Source: Stegostoma tigrinum (taxonomy: Eukaryota). From it: a stretch of DNA of 64,000 nt. Of this stretch, positions 30,103-43,543 are shown in pieces. The notes beneath the pieces were generated by a model. It did not search any database and was not told the DNA's origin. It saw nothing but the letters and a program-made list of their open reading frames with translations. The position numbers and the translations under genes were made by a program. The DNA lies in NCBI RefSeq assembly GCF_030684315.1, contig NC_081391.1:21226629-21290628 (forward strand). The letters are read 5' to 3'. Each line of letters starts with the position of its first letter. The stretch's first letter is position 1.

Positions 30103-30878
30103 AGACTTGTGATCTTGAATGGTCTATTTCAGTGTTAGGGCTGTGATATGATTGTACTAATGATTTACATCCTTGTGGAAGCCTGCATCAGTCCAAATAT
30201 AACTTTTTATATCTTGTCCTATTAATGAAGCCTTTTTTTTAATAAACATCCTAACTGTGATTAACTACTGGAAATAAAAGACTGAAATGAGCTGCTGGAA
30301 AAGCTTAGTGGGTCTGGTAGGATCTGTGGTGAGAAATCAGTTCCTGTTTTTGGTCCGGTGACCTTTCCTTCATGGTTTTTAGTTGCTACTTATGAGGAGC
30401 AGACTTTTTCCACTCCCAAGATGGATTATCTGGAACAAAAATCAGTCACTGTCTCTTGTGCAGATGAGGTGTTAGGACAGTGGGGCTAAATCAGATGAGT
30501 GATGTTGGTAATGTGAGGAGCTCAGATTTCAGCTTCTCTTGGTCAACATGCACATGTCCCTTCGTTCAGTTGGACAATGCCCTGATTGGCTTCCAGCACT
30601 GGGTAATAGTGTTTCTGACCTGCAGTGCAGGGATGTCTAATGCCTGTTGCCAGCTGTGACCGTCACCGTGCACTGTCTCACCAAGTCACCTACCAGGGGT
30701 TGTAGCGGGTGCTACTTAATCTTTATTTCTAGATGTTTGAACAAATGTCTGTCTAGTTTAGTTTATGGATGACCATAAATGTAAATACCTGTCTTCTTAC
30801 TGTCCATCTAACTTCCATTTCGTGAGCAAAACCAAGCTGAATTGAGTGAAATTTACTTCCCATTTTGTCTGTTTGCAG

Positions 30879-32138
30879 TTCTCTCTGTTTGACCAGGATG
30901 ATGTTGCCCTCCATCACTTTGCTGAGTTCTTCAAGGAGCAGTCCCATGAGGAGCGGGAACACGCTGAGAAACTGATGGCATTCCAGAATAAACGTGGAGG
31001 CTGAGTCCTCCTGCAGGACATCAAGGTTGGATTCTGAGAATGTCTGTCTGTTTGCAGCTTTTTGAGCAGCTACAATCGAATGGTATCTCCATCTATTTAG
31101 CTTCAGGATTGATCAAATACTATGTCAAGGGCAAGTTGTTCCCCGAAACAGGATTTGTTTAGGGAAAAGGGAAATACTTTGCATTTGTGACTCAATAGCA
31201 GAAGGCAATTCAGATGATCCAGGCTACTGGATGGTGAGCACATGTCCCTGTATGTGACTCTACATGGACAAGGTGAGGTAACAAAGGGTAAGGCTGAGAA
31301 CTTGCAGCTACAAAAAGCAGCAGCATCCAACCTCACTACATCTAGAAGAGGTTTGTAATGCCTTGGGACCATTCTGGTCACTACATCAAACAGTAAAGCA
31401 AGGGATTACTTCCATTGCGACTGATTCTAGATACGACTTCTTTCAGAATTCACAGTAACAGTGAGATATGTTAACATTTCTTTATTCTCAGGCCAGCATA
31501 AAATCTAGAGGGTTTTTGTATCCAAGTAAAATTTTTTGTCTGAATGTAACCCCTGGAAATGATGAGGGATAACTAACTGATCAGATGTAGACTAATGATA
31601 CAACTGCCTGCTGAGCTGTGCTTTCTGTTCCTGCTTCCCTCCCTTCAGAAGCCAGAGCAGGATGAGTGCGGCAATGGTCTGGAGGTGATGCAGAGAGCTC
31701 TGCAGATGGAGAAGGATGTGAACCAGAGTCTGCTGGATCTGCACAAACTTGCCTCTGACCACATAGACCCTCATGTGAGGTTTTATCCCTTTCCTGGTAG
31801 AAAGTGATCTGTTTGTGTACTTCCAGGGTGGGGAATCCAATTATTTTTCTACCTGCCTCCTGCAGGATGTTTAAACAAAACCTTGTGAAGGCATCACTTG
31901 CATGCCCCTCCCCCATAGGGAGGTGATGGTCACTTCTGTCATGGGAGGTCACTGACATTTTTTGATCCTTGTTGGATTAATTTTGTCTTCCAGCTGTGAT
32001 TTCATGGAGAGGCACTACTTGGATAAGTAAGTGAAGATGATCAAGAAGCTGGGAGATCACACCACCAACCTGAAGAGACTGGGAGCCCCTGACAATGGCA
32101 TGGGAGACTACATGTTTGACAGGCTGCCACTCCATTGA
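30879..32138 (+). pseudogene. Ferritin copy 5, pseudogene (exons 2-4 only)
   Basis: Exon 2 30879-31025 has CGA>TGA at 31002. Exon 3 is 31649-31774. Exon 4 31994-32138 has a 2-bp deletion (ctgtgat) and a TAA. No promoter or exon 1 upstream: a CR1 joins intron-1-like sequence at about 30102. Confidence 0.92.
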
Positions 32139-33904
32139 ATGGGGTCAATATCTATATCTGTTGTACATGGTGACCTCATTCTACTAAATGACTAGTTGTT
32201 CTCTGAGCAAATTAAAAGAGTGTTCACCATGGAACTGAGTACAGTGTGTAATTTTCATAGCTTCTGGTTCTTGGAGGTTTTTTGTGTTTTAACATCTGGT
32301 AATCAAATCCATTTTCTGTTCTTTCTTGCAACCTTTGATTCAATGCCTGCCCCAGTAATTTGCTCGGTGTTTGCTTCTGCTGAGCGTCTGTCTGTAGGGA
32401 TTGAGTGGGCAATCTTGTCCTTGGAAATGCCACAACTGGCAAATATCTGCATTGCAGACAATGCCACAACAAAATCTGTCCTCAGCTTTCCCAGGACAAT
32501 TTTTCAGGACCAGCTTCGGCTCAAAACCATGACTGAAATCTGTCCTGTGCCTAAACATTAGGCATTGCCAAGGCCCGTCCATTCATTCAATCTTCAGCAT
32601 TTTTGGAAAAACCAAGCTGACACTGGAAACCAGGAACAAAAGCTGCTGGGAAATCTCAGGTTTGGTAGTGAGAAGTGTTGAACAGAACCGGGACATGAGA
32701 CACGTGTTTATCTCTTGACTGATTTTGTTGCCAGGCCATGAGGTGTTTTCCACCTACTTGTTCTCTTGCTTAAATCCTACTGACTTTAATAGGTCACAAA
32801 ATTCCTCATTACAAGAATATAAAGTTGACCAATCGTGCAAGGTACACCTGCTTTTCTGCAATTGCTTACCATTTACATGTTTCCTGCGCTAGAGAATTGT
32901 TTCTCTAGTATGTCCTTTCCATTCAGTAGAATGAAAGCTCTGCTTTCTCCCTGACAATGCTAATGACTATGGCCTCTATTAGGCAATGAAGCAGTGCCCA
33001 CCTTCTAAAGCATCTGCTGTAACTCCTGTCCTTGCTCTGCAATGCAAAGGTGACAAATGCTGAGGACACCTGATGACAATAAAGCTAAAAACAAAATACC
33101 ACTTGCAGAAGTCAGTAGTTCCAATTTCCTTTACATTTAATTGTGAAGAAAATCAGCTTTCTGATGTAATCTGGCCTCCATGTGGCTCCACACACGCTGC
33201 ATTGGGTCTAGCTCATTGCTGTCAATCACAATCAGTCACTGGTTTCTAATGGGTGACCACTGACAATTCCTTGACAGGATAAGGATGTCACTGACCAGGC
33301 AGCATTTATCCTCTGTCTGAACTGCCCATGGGACAATTAGTCAACCACAGTGCTTTAGGCTTGGTGTCATATACTGGCCAGACCAGGTAAGGATGGCAGT
33401 TTGGCAGTTCCCTTCCCTAAATGACTTCAGTGAAAAGGATATTTTATTCAGACTAGGAATTGCATGCTCATTTTTAGGTTCATAATGCCCAAAGAGAGTT
33501 TTTCAGACAGAATCAGGACAATGGGCCTCAGTCCCACACTCCAGAAGCTTAACAGTTGCCAGCTCAGAGCAGCCACGAGATTCACTCCTTCCACCACTGA
33601 CACACAGGGACTGCAATGTGTACTATCACCAAATGTTGTAGAAATCCACCAAAGCTCCTTAGACAACACACGTGCTGTTAGATATTTATTGTGTAAGGCT
33701 TGACTCTGACAATCACTTTCTAATTTCAACACTAAAAATATGTGAATAACACATTTTCTTTGAGAAACATAGAAAGACAAAACAGGCTCAATGTTCCAAA
33801 TCTGATGTGAGTACAGGAGCAGAGAGACTTTGGGTTTCAAGTATGTGATTATCTGAAAGTGACCAGCCAAGATGATGCTGTTATTGAGAAGGCTGTGGTG
33901 AACC

Positions 33905-35094
33905 AAGCATGTGGATGAGGGAAGGGCAGTTGACGTGGTGTAATTGGACTTCAGTAAAGCCATTGATAAAGTTTCACATGGTAGGCTATTGGAGAAAATA
34001 CAGAGGCAGAGAATTGAGGGAGATTTAGCAGTTTGGATTAGAAACTGGCTTTCTGTAAGAAGGCAACGAGTGGTGGTTGATGGAAAATATCCAGCCTGGA
34101 GTCAGGTCACTCGTAGTGTGCCTCAAGGATCTACTTTAGGACCACCGCTGTTTGTCATTTTTATAAATGACTTGGACGCAGGCATAGGTGGATGGGTTAG
34201 TAAGTTTGCAGATGACACTAAAGTCGGTGGAGTGGTGGACGGTGTGGAAGAATGATGCACGTTGCAGGGAGACTTGGATAAACTGCAGAATTGGGCTGAA
34301 AGGTGGCAAATGGAGTTCAATGCAGATAAATGTGAGTTGATTCAATTTTGGGGGAATAACAGGAAGGCAGAATACTAGGTCAATGGAAAGATTCTTGGCA
34401 GTGCGGATGTGCAGATGGATCTTGGTGTCCATGTACATAGATCCTTGAAAGTTGTCACCCAGATTGATAATGCTGATAAGAAGGCTTACCGTGTGTTAGG
34501 TTTTATTGGTAGAGGGATTGAGTTCCGGAGCCGTGATGTCATGCTGCAACTGTACAAAACGCTAGTGCGGCCTCATTTGGAATATTGCGTGCAGTTCTGG
34601 TCACCCCATTACAGGAAGGATGTGGAAGCATTGGGAAAGGTGCAGAGGAGATTTACCAGGATGTTGCCTGGTCTGGAGCGCAGGCCCTATGAAGAAACGC
34701 TGAGGGACTTGGATCTGTTCTCATTGGAGAGAAGTAGGCTAAGAGGGGATTTAATAGAGACATACAAGATGATCAGAGGATTAGATAGGGTGGACAGTGA
34801 GAGTCTTTTTCCGAGGATGATGACTTCAACTTGTACAAGGGGGCATAGCTACAAATTGCGGGGTGATACATTTAAGACATTTGTCAGAGGCAGGTTCTTT
34901 GCTCAGAGAGTGGTAAGGGCGTGGAAAGCCCTGCCTGCCAATGTAGTTAACTCAGCCACGTTAGGGGCATTTAAACATTTCTTGGATAAGCATATGGATG
35001 GTGACGTGATTGTGTAGGAGGTGGGGCTTGGATTAGCTCACAGGTCGGCGCAACATCGAGGGCCGAAGGGCCCGTTCTGCGCTGTATTGTTCTA
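33905..35094 (+). mobile_element. CR1-type LINE subfamily A (duplicate of the 1258 insertion)
   Basis: Same boundaries and TGAACC TSD; independent stop codons. Confidence 0.92.
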
Positions 35095-36949
35095 TGAACC
35101 TTGTGTTTTCAAATTGAGGCATCGAGTATAAAAGCAAGGAATTGATGATACCCCTCTACAACTCATTGGTTAGACCACATTTGCAGTGATGTGCTCAGTT
35201 CTGGGCGTGGCTTTTAAGGAAGGGCATGCAAGCCCTGGACAGAGTTCAAAGGTGATTTATAATAATGACACCTGGAATGGGGAATTTCAGACACACGGAA
35301 AGATTAAAGAAATAGCGCTTATTCTCCTTGGAGCAAGGAGCACTTGTTGAAGTGATCAAAATTATCACCAATTCTGTCAGGGTAAAGGGGGATATTCTGT
35401 TTTCACCAGTGGATACGTTAGTGACGAGGGGTCACAATTTGTCAGTGAGGGAGCTCACAGTGAGAGGAGGAGAAACCTCTTCACTCAGAAAGTTGGTAGG
35501 GTTTGGTATGCGTAGCTGACAGGAGTGATGGACGCAGATTCCGTAGGTGGCTTTAGAAAAGCAGCTGTATACATATATGGAAGTGGCAAATTTAGAGGGA
35601 TACAGACATAGGGCTGGAGAGTGGGGCTGGGTGTGGAATGCTTTCAGAAACTGAATCAGGCACAATGGGCCAAATGGCCTCCTATCATTAAAAATCCTCT
35701 GCATGTTCCCCCAGGAAATTCTCAGAGTTTGGAGAGGGGCTTTGTACTCCTCTCAGTGGGCACCTGTACAAGGCACCTTTAATGTGGGAAAGCTGTTACA
35801 CATCAGCAGAGATATGGTCCTTTACACAAGGTAGACCCAGTTCCACTGGCAAAGAAATGTTGACTGGGGATCCCCCCACTGCTGACCTTCACCCACCGTC
35901 ACAGCCAACGATAGCACATGCCTATCTTCCACCTGGATGGCCGTTGGGAACTTGTTTTGCATTGCACTTTACCAGGACCCTCCCCTCGATCGTACCGTCC
36001 TGGGTGGCCCTGCCAGGAGGTGAAATCCTCTTCAGGTATCACTCTCAGAACCAACAGAACACTCGAGGCTCTCCATCACTGTGTGGTGACAATCCACAGG
36101 CAGGAGCTGGAGGCAGGGAGATGCTGCTCAGGTACAAACCCATCACAGAATCGGAGAATTGTTATGGCACAGCAGGCGGCCATTCGGTCCTTTGTGCCTG
36201 CACCTGTTCTGGTTGTTTTCTAATTCTGCCTGTAAAGATGTTACAAAATCTCTGGATCTGGTATGGACTTGGACCAAGGCTTCCTGGTCCACAGCTAGGG
36301 ACATTACCCCTGCATCACAATACCCTGGCTGCACTGGTTGTACAAACTTAGAATCATCGAAAAAAAATTGTTGGATTCGGCCATTCAGCCCCCTCCAGAC
36401 TGCTCTGCCATTCCATGTGATTGTGGCTGATTCCATAACTCAGTCCCATCTTCCCACTCTCTCTCCATACTCTTTGATCCCTGCAGCCCTCAAAGCTACA
36501 CCCAACTGCTCCTGGAAAACATTCAAAGTTTTGGCCTCAAATGTTTTCTGTGGCACAGAATTCCACAGGCCCCCCACTCTCTCGGTGAAGAGATTTCTCC
36601 TCATCTCAGGCCTAAATGTGTACTTAGGCTGTGACCCCTGATCCTGAACTTTTCCATCATCAGGAACATCCTTCCTGTCTTTTCCACAGCTGACACTATG
36701 ACAATTTTCGATGACCCCGAGCCAATTTCCCACCTTTCTTTCCCAAATCCCAGCACAACAGGCTGAGAAACTGACACTCCCCTTCCTCAATGAGTCCCTT
36801 CTGCAGTTGATCACAACCACCATAATTTAAAAACAAAACGAGCAATCTTTTCTCAAACCATATTTACTTCTTTTAAAAAAGAACCAAATAACACACGACC
36901 TGATTGAGTGGTGCAGAAGGTTTGAGATGCCGAATGGCCTCCTGCTGTT

Positions 36950-37211
36950 CCAATCACAGAATAACCATCCAGACCTGGCTCTCATCTCCACCTCTGATCA
37001 GCTCTGCTTAACACACCCTCCCCCTCTCTCTCATTGGTGCCTGTATGCAGGGGTGGTTCCTGATTGGCCAGCAGCAACTGTCAGTCATCATCAGTTCTGC
37101 CTCTCTCTGTGTGACTGCAGGATGGTCCCAGGACTATAAATACAAGAGCCTGTGGGAGAGAGAGACTTAGTTCTAGAGTTTTCTTGGTGCTTGTGAGCAG
37201 GAATAGTGAAG
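36950..37211 (+). promoter_or_regulatory. Ferritin copy 6 promoter
   Basis: Same conserved block; TATAAATA 37135-37142. Confidence 0.75.
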
Positions 37212-38159
37212 ATGGTTTCCCAAGTGTGTCAGAACTACCACAAGGACTGTGAGGATGCTGTTAACAAGCAGATCAACCTGGAGCTCTATTCCTCCTATGT
37301 TTACCTCTCCATGGTGAGCTTTGTGGAATTGAAGCCTGTGCTATGATAGTGTTGACCTGTTTGGTTTTTACGCTGGGTTAATGAATTAGTTGTAACATGT
37401 ATTTTTTTCTGTGGCCCTTCCCCTGTTGTAATCTAGTGCAGGTCTTAACACTGACTCTCTGTTCAAAACTTGACCATTGTCTTCATGTCCAACTGGCTCC
37501 TGGATGTGGACGGCCAGCTTGCTGTCTCTGGACAATGTAACCCTTGGTGATTTTTCATTTAACTCTGGAGGGATGATGTGGTCTTGGTCAATAATTAATT
37601 TTTTGAAAACTTGGTTGCATTCATTTTCTCAACAAAAGCCTTCCCTGGTGGAAACTTTTCCTGACACAAATATACTCCTTTTTGTTTAAAACCTTGCCCC
37701 ATTCACCAGACTGTCCTGTGCTCAAGATGTAAAGTTCCCTGAACTAAAAGAACAGCAGCTGCTGGACACTAAACACCAACAGAAAAGCTGGAAAAGCTCT
37801 AAACATCTGGAAGAAAACCAAGCTCTGGGTCCACTGACCCTTTCTCAAGTGGCCTTGAGCTATGCAATGTGAGGAAAGAGGCACACTTTCACACTATGTA
37901 TGTGATCTTTTTTCTCTCTCTAACAAAGCAGTTAGAATTCTGTGGAGTGGATGGTAGGACGCTGGGGTTATTCAGGTGGGTGATGGTGATAATGAGGCTG
38001 CTGACTGAGCTTTCTGGCTGTGTTCACGAACACACGTCCCTTCATTCAGTTGGACAGGGGCCTAACTGGTCTCCACCTCCTGAACAATAGTGTTTCTAAC
38101 CTGCAGAGCAGGGATGTCTGATGGCAATAGCCAGCTGTCCCCTTCATCATGGCACTATG

Positions 38160-38217
<58 letters not shown>

Positions 38218-39639
38218 CAGGGATTGCGTTTGGTTTTTGTCCTTGATTTCCAGAATGCTGGTGAAATATCTGCACAAAGGCTGCTTAAGTATCTGTTGTT
38301 TGGGTTATAATCCATGGAAGGTGACTTCCTGCTTTGTCTGTTTTTTTAACCACTTAAATGTGGAATCAAGATGGTGCCCAGGTTAGTTCCTGAGTGAGGA
38401 GTGTCATTCACGAATTTCAGACAGTTTCCTTTAAACCTCTCTCTTCCCACAGTTCTCTTACTTTGACCGGGATGATGTTGCCCTGCATCACTTTGCTGAG
38501 TTCTTCAAGGAGCAGTCCCATGAGGAACGGGAACACGCTGAGAAACTGATGGCATTCCAGAATAAACGTGGAGGTCGAGTCCTCCTGCAGGACATTAAGG
38601 TTGGATTCTGAAGCCTTCTGTTTTGTGGCTTTTTGAGCAGCTACAATCGACTGGTATCTCCAGCTAATTCAATTTAGCATTGAACAAATACTGTATGAAG
38701 GGGAGGTTGTTCTGCAAAATAGGCTTCCTTTAGGTGAAAGGAAATACTCTGCACTTGAGGGCAATTGAGACTCACCAGAATAGTGAGTAGATATCAATGT
38801 GAATGACTCTCCTTCAGACAGAATGAGGGAGCAAAAGCTAAGACAGGAAATTGTTGCAGTGTGGAAAGTAGCAGTGTCCAGCCTTTCTGAATCTGGAAGA
38901 TTCAAGCCAGGAATTACTTCCATTGGCACCTATTCTCTGCATGTGAATTCTGAGAATCGACATGAACAGTAGAATGTGTTCAGAAAATTTCTTAGTCCCT
39001 CAGTACAAAATCTAGTTGTCTTGATCAAATTCAAGTTTGTTTGTAGTACCTCCTACAATGATGAGGGATACTAACCGATGTAGACTAATGATACAACTGC
39101 CTGCTGAACTCTGCTTTCTGTTCCCACTTCCCTCCCTCCAGAAGCCAGAGCAGGATGAGTGGGGCAATGGTCTGGAGGCAATGCAGAGAGCTCTGCAGAT
39201 GGAGAAGGATGTGAATCAGAGTCTGCTGGATCTGCACAAACTGGCCTCTGGCCACATGGACCCTCATGTGAGTTTGTAAACTGTATTCTCTCTTCCTTGG
39301 AAGAAAGTGATGTGTTTGTGCACTCTCTCTTGGTTTAAAAATCCAATTACCTTCTCCAAGCCTCCTACCGGCTGGTAAAACCTTGCAAAGGCTTCACCTC
39401 AGTGGACCTCCACATGGTGGTGATGGTCACGTCTGTCATGGGGGTCACTTTCAGACACCTTTTTGATCCTCTGGATTAATTTTGTCTTCTAGCTGTGTGA
39501 CTTCCTGGAGAGGCACTACTTGGATGAGCAAGTGAAGATGATCAAGAAGCTGGGAGATCACATCACCAACCTGAAGAGACTAGGAGCCCCTGACAATGGC
39601 ATGGGAGAGTACCTGTTTGACAGGCTCACGCTCAGTTGA
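37212..39639 (+). CDS. Ferritin heavy/middle-like, copy 6 (intact)
   Basis: Exons 37212-37313, 38453-38599, 39142-39267, 39493-39639; TATAAATA at 37135; canonical splice sites. Confidence 0.95.
38161..38215. repeat. (CT)n microsatellite in intron 1 of copy 6
   Basis: About 27 perfect CT units; only short and interrupted in the paralog near 62198. Confidence 0.97.
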
Positions 39640-41714
39640 ATGGGGTCAATAATGTGTATGGTGACATAATGCTAGTAACTTGGTTGTGCTCTGACCAAAT
39701 TAAAATAGTGTTCACATGGAACTGAGTACTTTGCATAATTTCAGAGCTGCTTCTGGCTCTTGGTATTGCTGTTTGACACCTGATCATTAATTCCTTTTCT
39801 GTTCTGATTAACCTTTGATTCAATGTCTGCCCCTTTTCTCTTGTTTGTAGGAATTAGGTGGGCAATCCTCGCAGATGAAATTGCACAAGTGTTCAATTTG
39901 GGTTTTTGGCTACTAAGCAGTGTTGTATTGACTTTTTTATTCCAAACCAGCTTCTAGTCAATATCTTCAGTGAAACCAGCCCCCTGTTTCAATGTTAGAC
40001 ACTGCCCTTGGCAATGTTCAAGTCTCTTTTGTAAATAAGCAGGGGCAGGAAATAGCAGGTTTGGAGAGCATCTGTGGAGAGAACTGTTCTCAGTCCCAGA
40101 ACCCAAGATACAATCACATCTTCTGACAGATGTTGCCAGACCTGTGAGGCTTTCCAGCAATTATTTTTGTCGCACTTCAAATCTAGCAATTTGAGCATAC
40201 TTTCACTCTTTTGAACAGGAATATATAGTGGAACATCCAGCATCTAAGATGCACTTATCTTTAGCATTTTAGATAAGCAATTGTTTCCAGAGCTGGGAAA
40301 TAGTTTACTCTCTTTTGCTGCAGTGGGGGATGGGGGAAGGAGTAAGGGCACTGCCTGATTGTAGGAGAATGGCAAAATTTGTTTTCTCATGTATCAGTCT
40401 TTTTGCTTCTAGACAATGATCCTCATTACGTAATGCAGCAGTGCCCACCTTGGAGCCCCTGTGGTAGAACTTCTATCATTGCTCTGCAATGTAGAGATGC
40501 CAAAGGCTCAGTAAAAATAAAGCTAGAATGCAAATGCCACTAGCAGAAAGCAGCAGTTTCTGTGGTTAGCAAGGAAATAAGCTCTCCTGATGTACACTGA
40601 CCGGCATGTACCTCCACCTGCAATGCACTATGGCTGCCTAATTACTGATGCTCAGGGGTGACAGTTTCCTTTATTTAAAGGATGAGGATGTCTCTGAGCT
40701 GACACCATTTATTTATCCATTGCTCATTGTCCCCAAGGCCAGGTCAGAGTCTCACACATGGCTGTGGTTGCAGCATCATACGCAGGCCAGGTAAGGATGT
40801 GTTTTTGACACTGAATATAATTCTCCTCATCAGCTTCTTAATTCTAGAACTCCAGAGAGTTGTCGCACAGAATTAGATGAGTCCACCACTCCAGAAACTT
40901 GATGGCCTCCAGCGCCACTAGATGCATTCTTTGCACCACTGACACACACGGAGTACACTGTGTACCGCCTCCCAAAAGCTGTAGAAATCCACCAAAGCTC
41001 CTGAGACAATACTTTCCAAAGCCCTAATTACTGGCCATGGGAGAAAGGCATCTGATACAGGGGAAAACCACCCCCTCTAAGTTCTCCATCAAGCTACCTG
41101 CCATCCTGAGTTGGAAACATAACACCCCATTCTCCAGTGTCGGTGGATCAGAATCCTGGAATTCCCTCACTAGGAACATTGTGGATCTGACTACAGCAAA
41201 TAGGCTACAGCAATTAAAGACGGAAAGCCCCCCCACCCCAATGTTCTCGTGGTGGGCGTGATCTCAGAGCGGGTCAAATACCTCTGGCTGGGCCGCCTTT
41301 TGTGAAATTGTCAAGTTCTAGCTCAACTCCATCTCGAGTGCACGGTTCTAGTAGGTTCAATCCAAAGATGCTTATGCACAAAATTTCTGGAATGAACCTG
41401 GGCAGAAAGTTAATTGGCTCCGATGATAATCGTTTTCCCAAGTCCCTCGATGTAGAAGTGGACGGGATGTCTGTGCTTGAAATTTACAAGTGGATTCATG
41501 GATTTGATAGGGTAGATAGAGAGATCTTGCTTCTTTTCAATTCGCATCCAGGACTGAGAGGGGGGAATATGATTACATTCCTAGCAGTAGAAGTAAATCA
41601 TCCACGATAAAGCAAAAAACAGCTGCTTTTTGGAAAGGATAATATGTGAATGAGCAGTTAGATATTTATTCGGTAAGATGTTGATGTTGCCAATCACTTT
41701 CCCATTGGAACATA

Positions 41715-42890
41715 TGACGAAACAGGTAGATGAGAGTAAACCGGTTGATGTGGTGCATATGGATTTCAGCAAGGCGTTCGATTAGGCTCCCCACAGTTGG
41801 CTATTGTACAAAATGCGGAGGAATGGGATTGTGGGAGATATAACAGTTTGGATCAGAAATTGGCTTGCTGAAAGAAGACAGGGTGGTGGTTGATTGGAAA
41901 TGTTCATCCTGGAGACCGGTTACTCGCGGTGTACCGCAAGGGTCCGTGTTGGGTCCACTGCTGTTTGTCATTTTTATAAACGTAGAAGGATGGGTTAGTA
42001 AATTTGCAGACGACACTAAGGTCGGTGGAGATGTGGGTAGTGACGAAGAATGTTGTAGGTTACAGAGAGACGTAGATAAGTTGCAGAGCTGGGCTGAGAG
42101 GTGGCAAATGGAGGTTAATGCGGACAAGTGTGAGGTGATGCACTTTGGTAGGAGGAACCCGAAGGCAAAGTACTGTAAGATTCTTGGTAGTGTAGATGAG
42201 CAGCGAGATCTCGGTGACCATGTACACAGATCCTTGAAAGTTGCCACCCAGGTTGACAGGGTTGTTAAGAAGGCAGACAGTGTTTTAGCTTTTATGAATA
42301 CAGGGATCGTGTTCCGGAACCAAGAGGTTATGCTGCAGCTGTACAAAACTCTTGTGCGGCCGCACTTGTAGCATTGCGTACAGTTCTGGTCACCGCATTA
42401 TAAGAAGGATGTGGAAGTTTTGGAAAGGGTGCAGAGGAGGTTTACTGGGATGTTGCCTGGTATGGAGGGAAAGTCTTACGAGGAAAGGCTGAGGGACTTG
42501 AGGCTGTTTTCGTTAGAGAAAAGAAGGTTGAGAGGTGACTTAATTGAGGCATATAAGATAATCAAAGGGTTAGACAGGTTGGATAGGGAGAGCCTTTTTC
42601 CTAAGACGGAGACAGCGAGCACGAGGGGCATAGCTTTAAATTGAGGGGTGAAAGATATATGACAGATGTCAGAGGTAGTTTCTTTACTCAGAGAATAGCA
42701 AGGGTGTGGAACGTTTTGCCTGCAACGGTAGTAGATTCACCAACTTTAAGTACATTTAAGTTGTCATTGGACAAGCATATGGACGTACATGGAATAGTGT
42801 AGGTTAGATGAGCTTCAGATCGGTATGACAGGTCGGCACAACGTCAAGGGCCGAAGGGCCTGTACTGTGCTGTCATGTTCTCTGTTCTAT
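41715..42890 (+). mobile_element. CR1-type LINE subfamily B, 5'-truncated
   Basis: RT motifs; 3' tail ...tgttctctgttctat; TSD AACATA (41709-41714/42891-42896); empty site at 9061. Confidence 0.92.
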
Positions 42891-43543
42891 AACATAAAAG
42901 ATGAATGCATTTAAGATTATTTTCATTAGAAGGGTGATGGGGTCGGTGGGGAACCTGACTGAGGTCAACAAAATCATGAGAACTATCGACAAGGTGAATA
43001 GCAAGAAGCTTTTTCCCAGAGTCGGGGATTCAATGACTCGGAGTCATGAGTTCAAAATAAGAGCAAAGTTTCGAGGGGATTTGGTTAGATTGCCTACAAT
43101 GTGGAAACAGGCCCTTTTAGCCAAAAATGTCCACACTGGCCCTTGAAGCATCCCACCAAAACCCCCCACACTTCTGAACCCTACGGGCAATTTATCATGT
43201 GGATGTGTGGCAAGCTCTTTCCGCAGAGGTTGAAGGGTGCCTGGCACACGTTGCATGTGGAGGTGGGAGACGAAGTCACGCAAGTGTCTTTTTAAGATGT
43301 ATCTGGACAGGTACATGGATGGGCAGGGAGCAACGGGATACTGACCCTAGAAAAGAGATGACAGACGTCAACAGGATCTCGATCGGTGCAGGCTTGGAGG
43401 GCCAAAGGGCCTGCTCCTGTGCTGTGATTTTCTTTGTTCTTAAGTGTGCAATCAAGATGGTGACCAGGTTAGTTTCTGATTGAGGAGTGCCATTGATTAA
43501 CATCAGATATGTTTCCCTTTCCTGCCTTTCTCTTCCCCCACAG

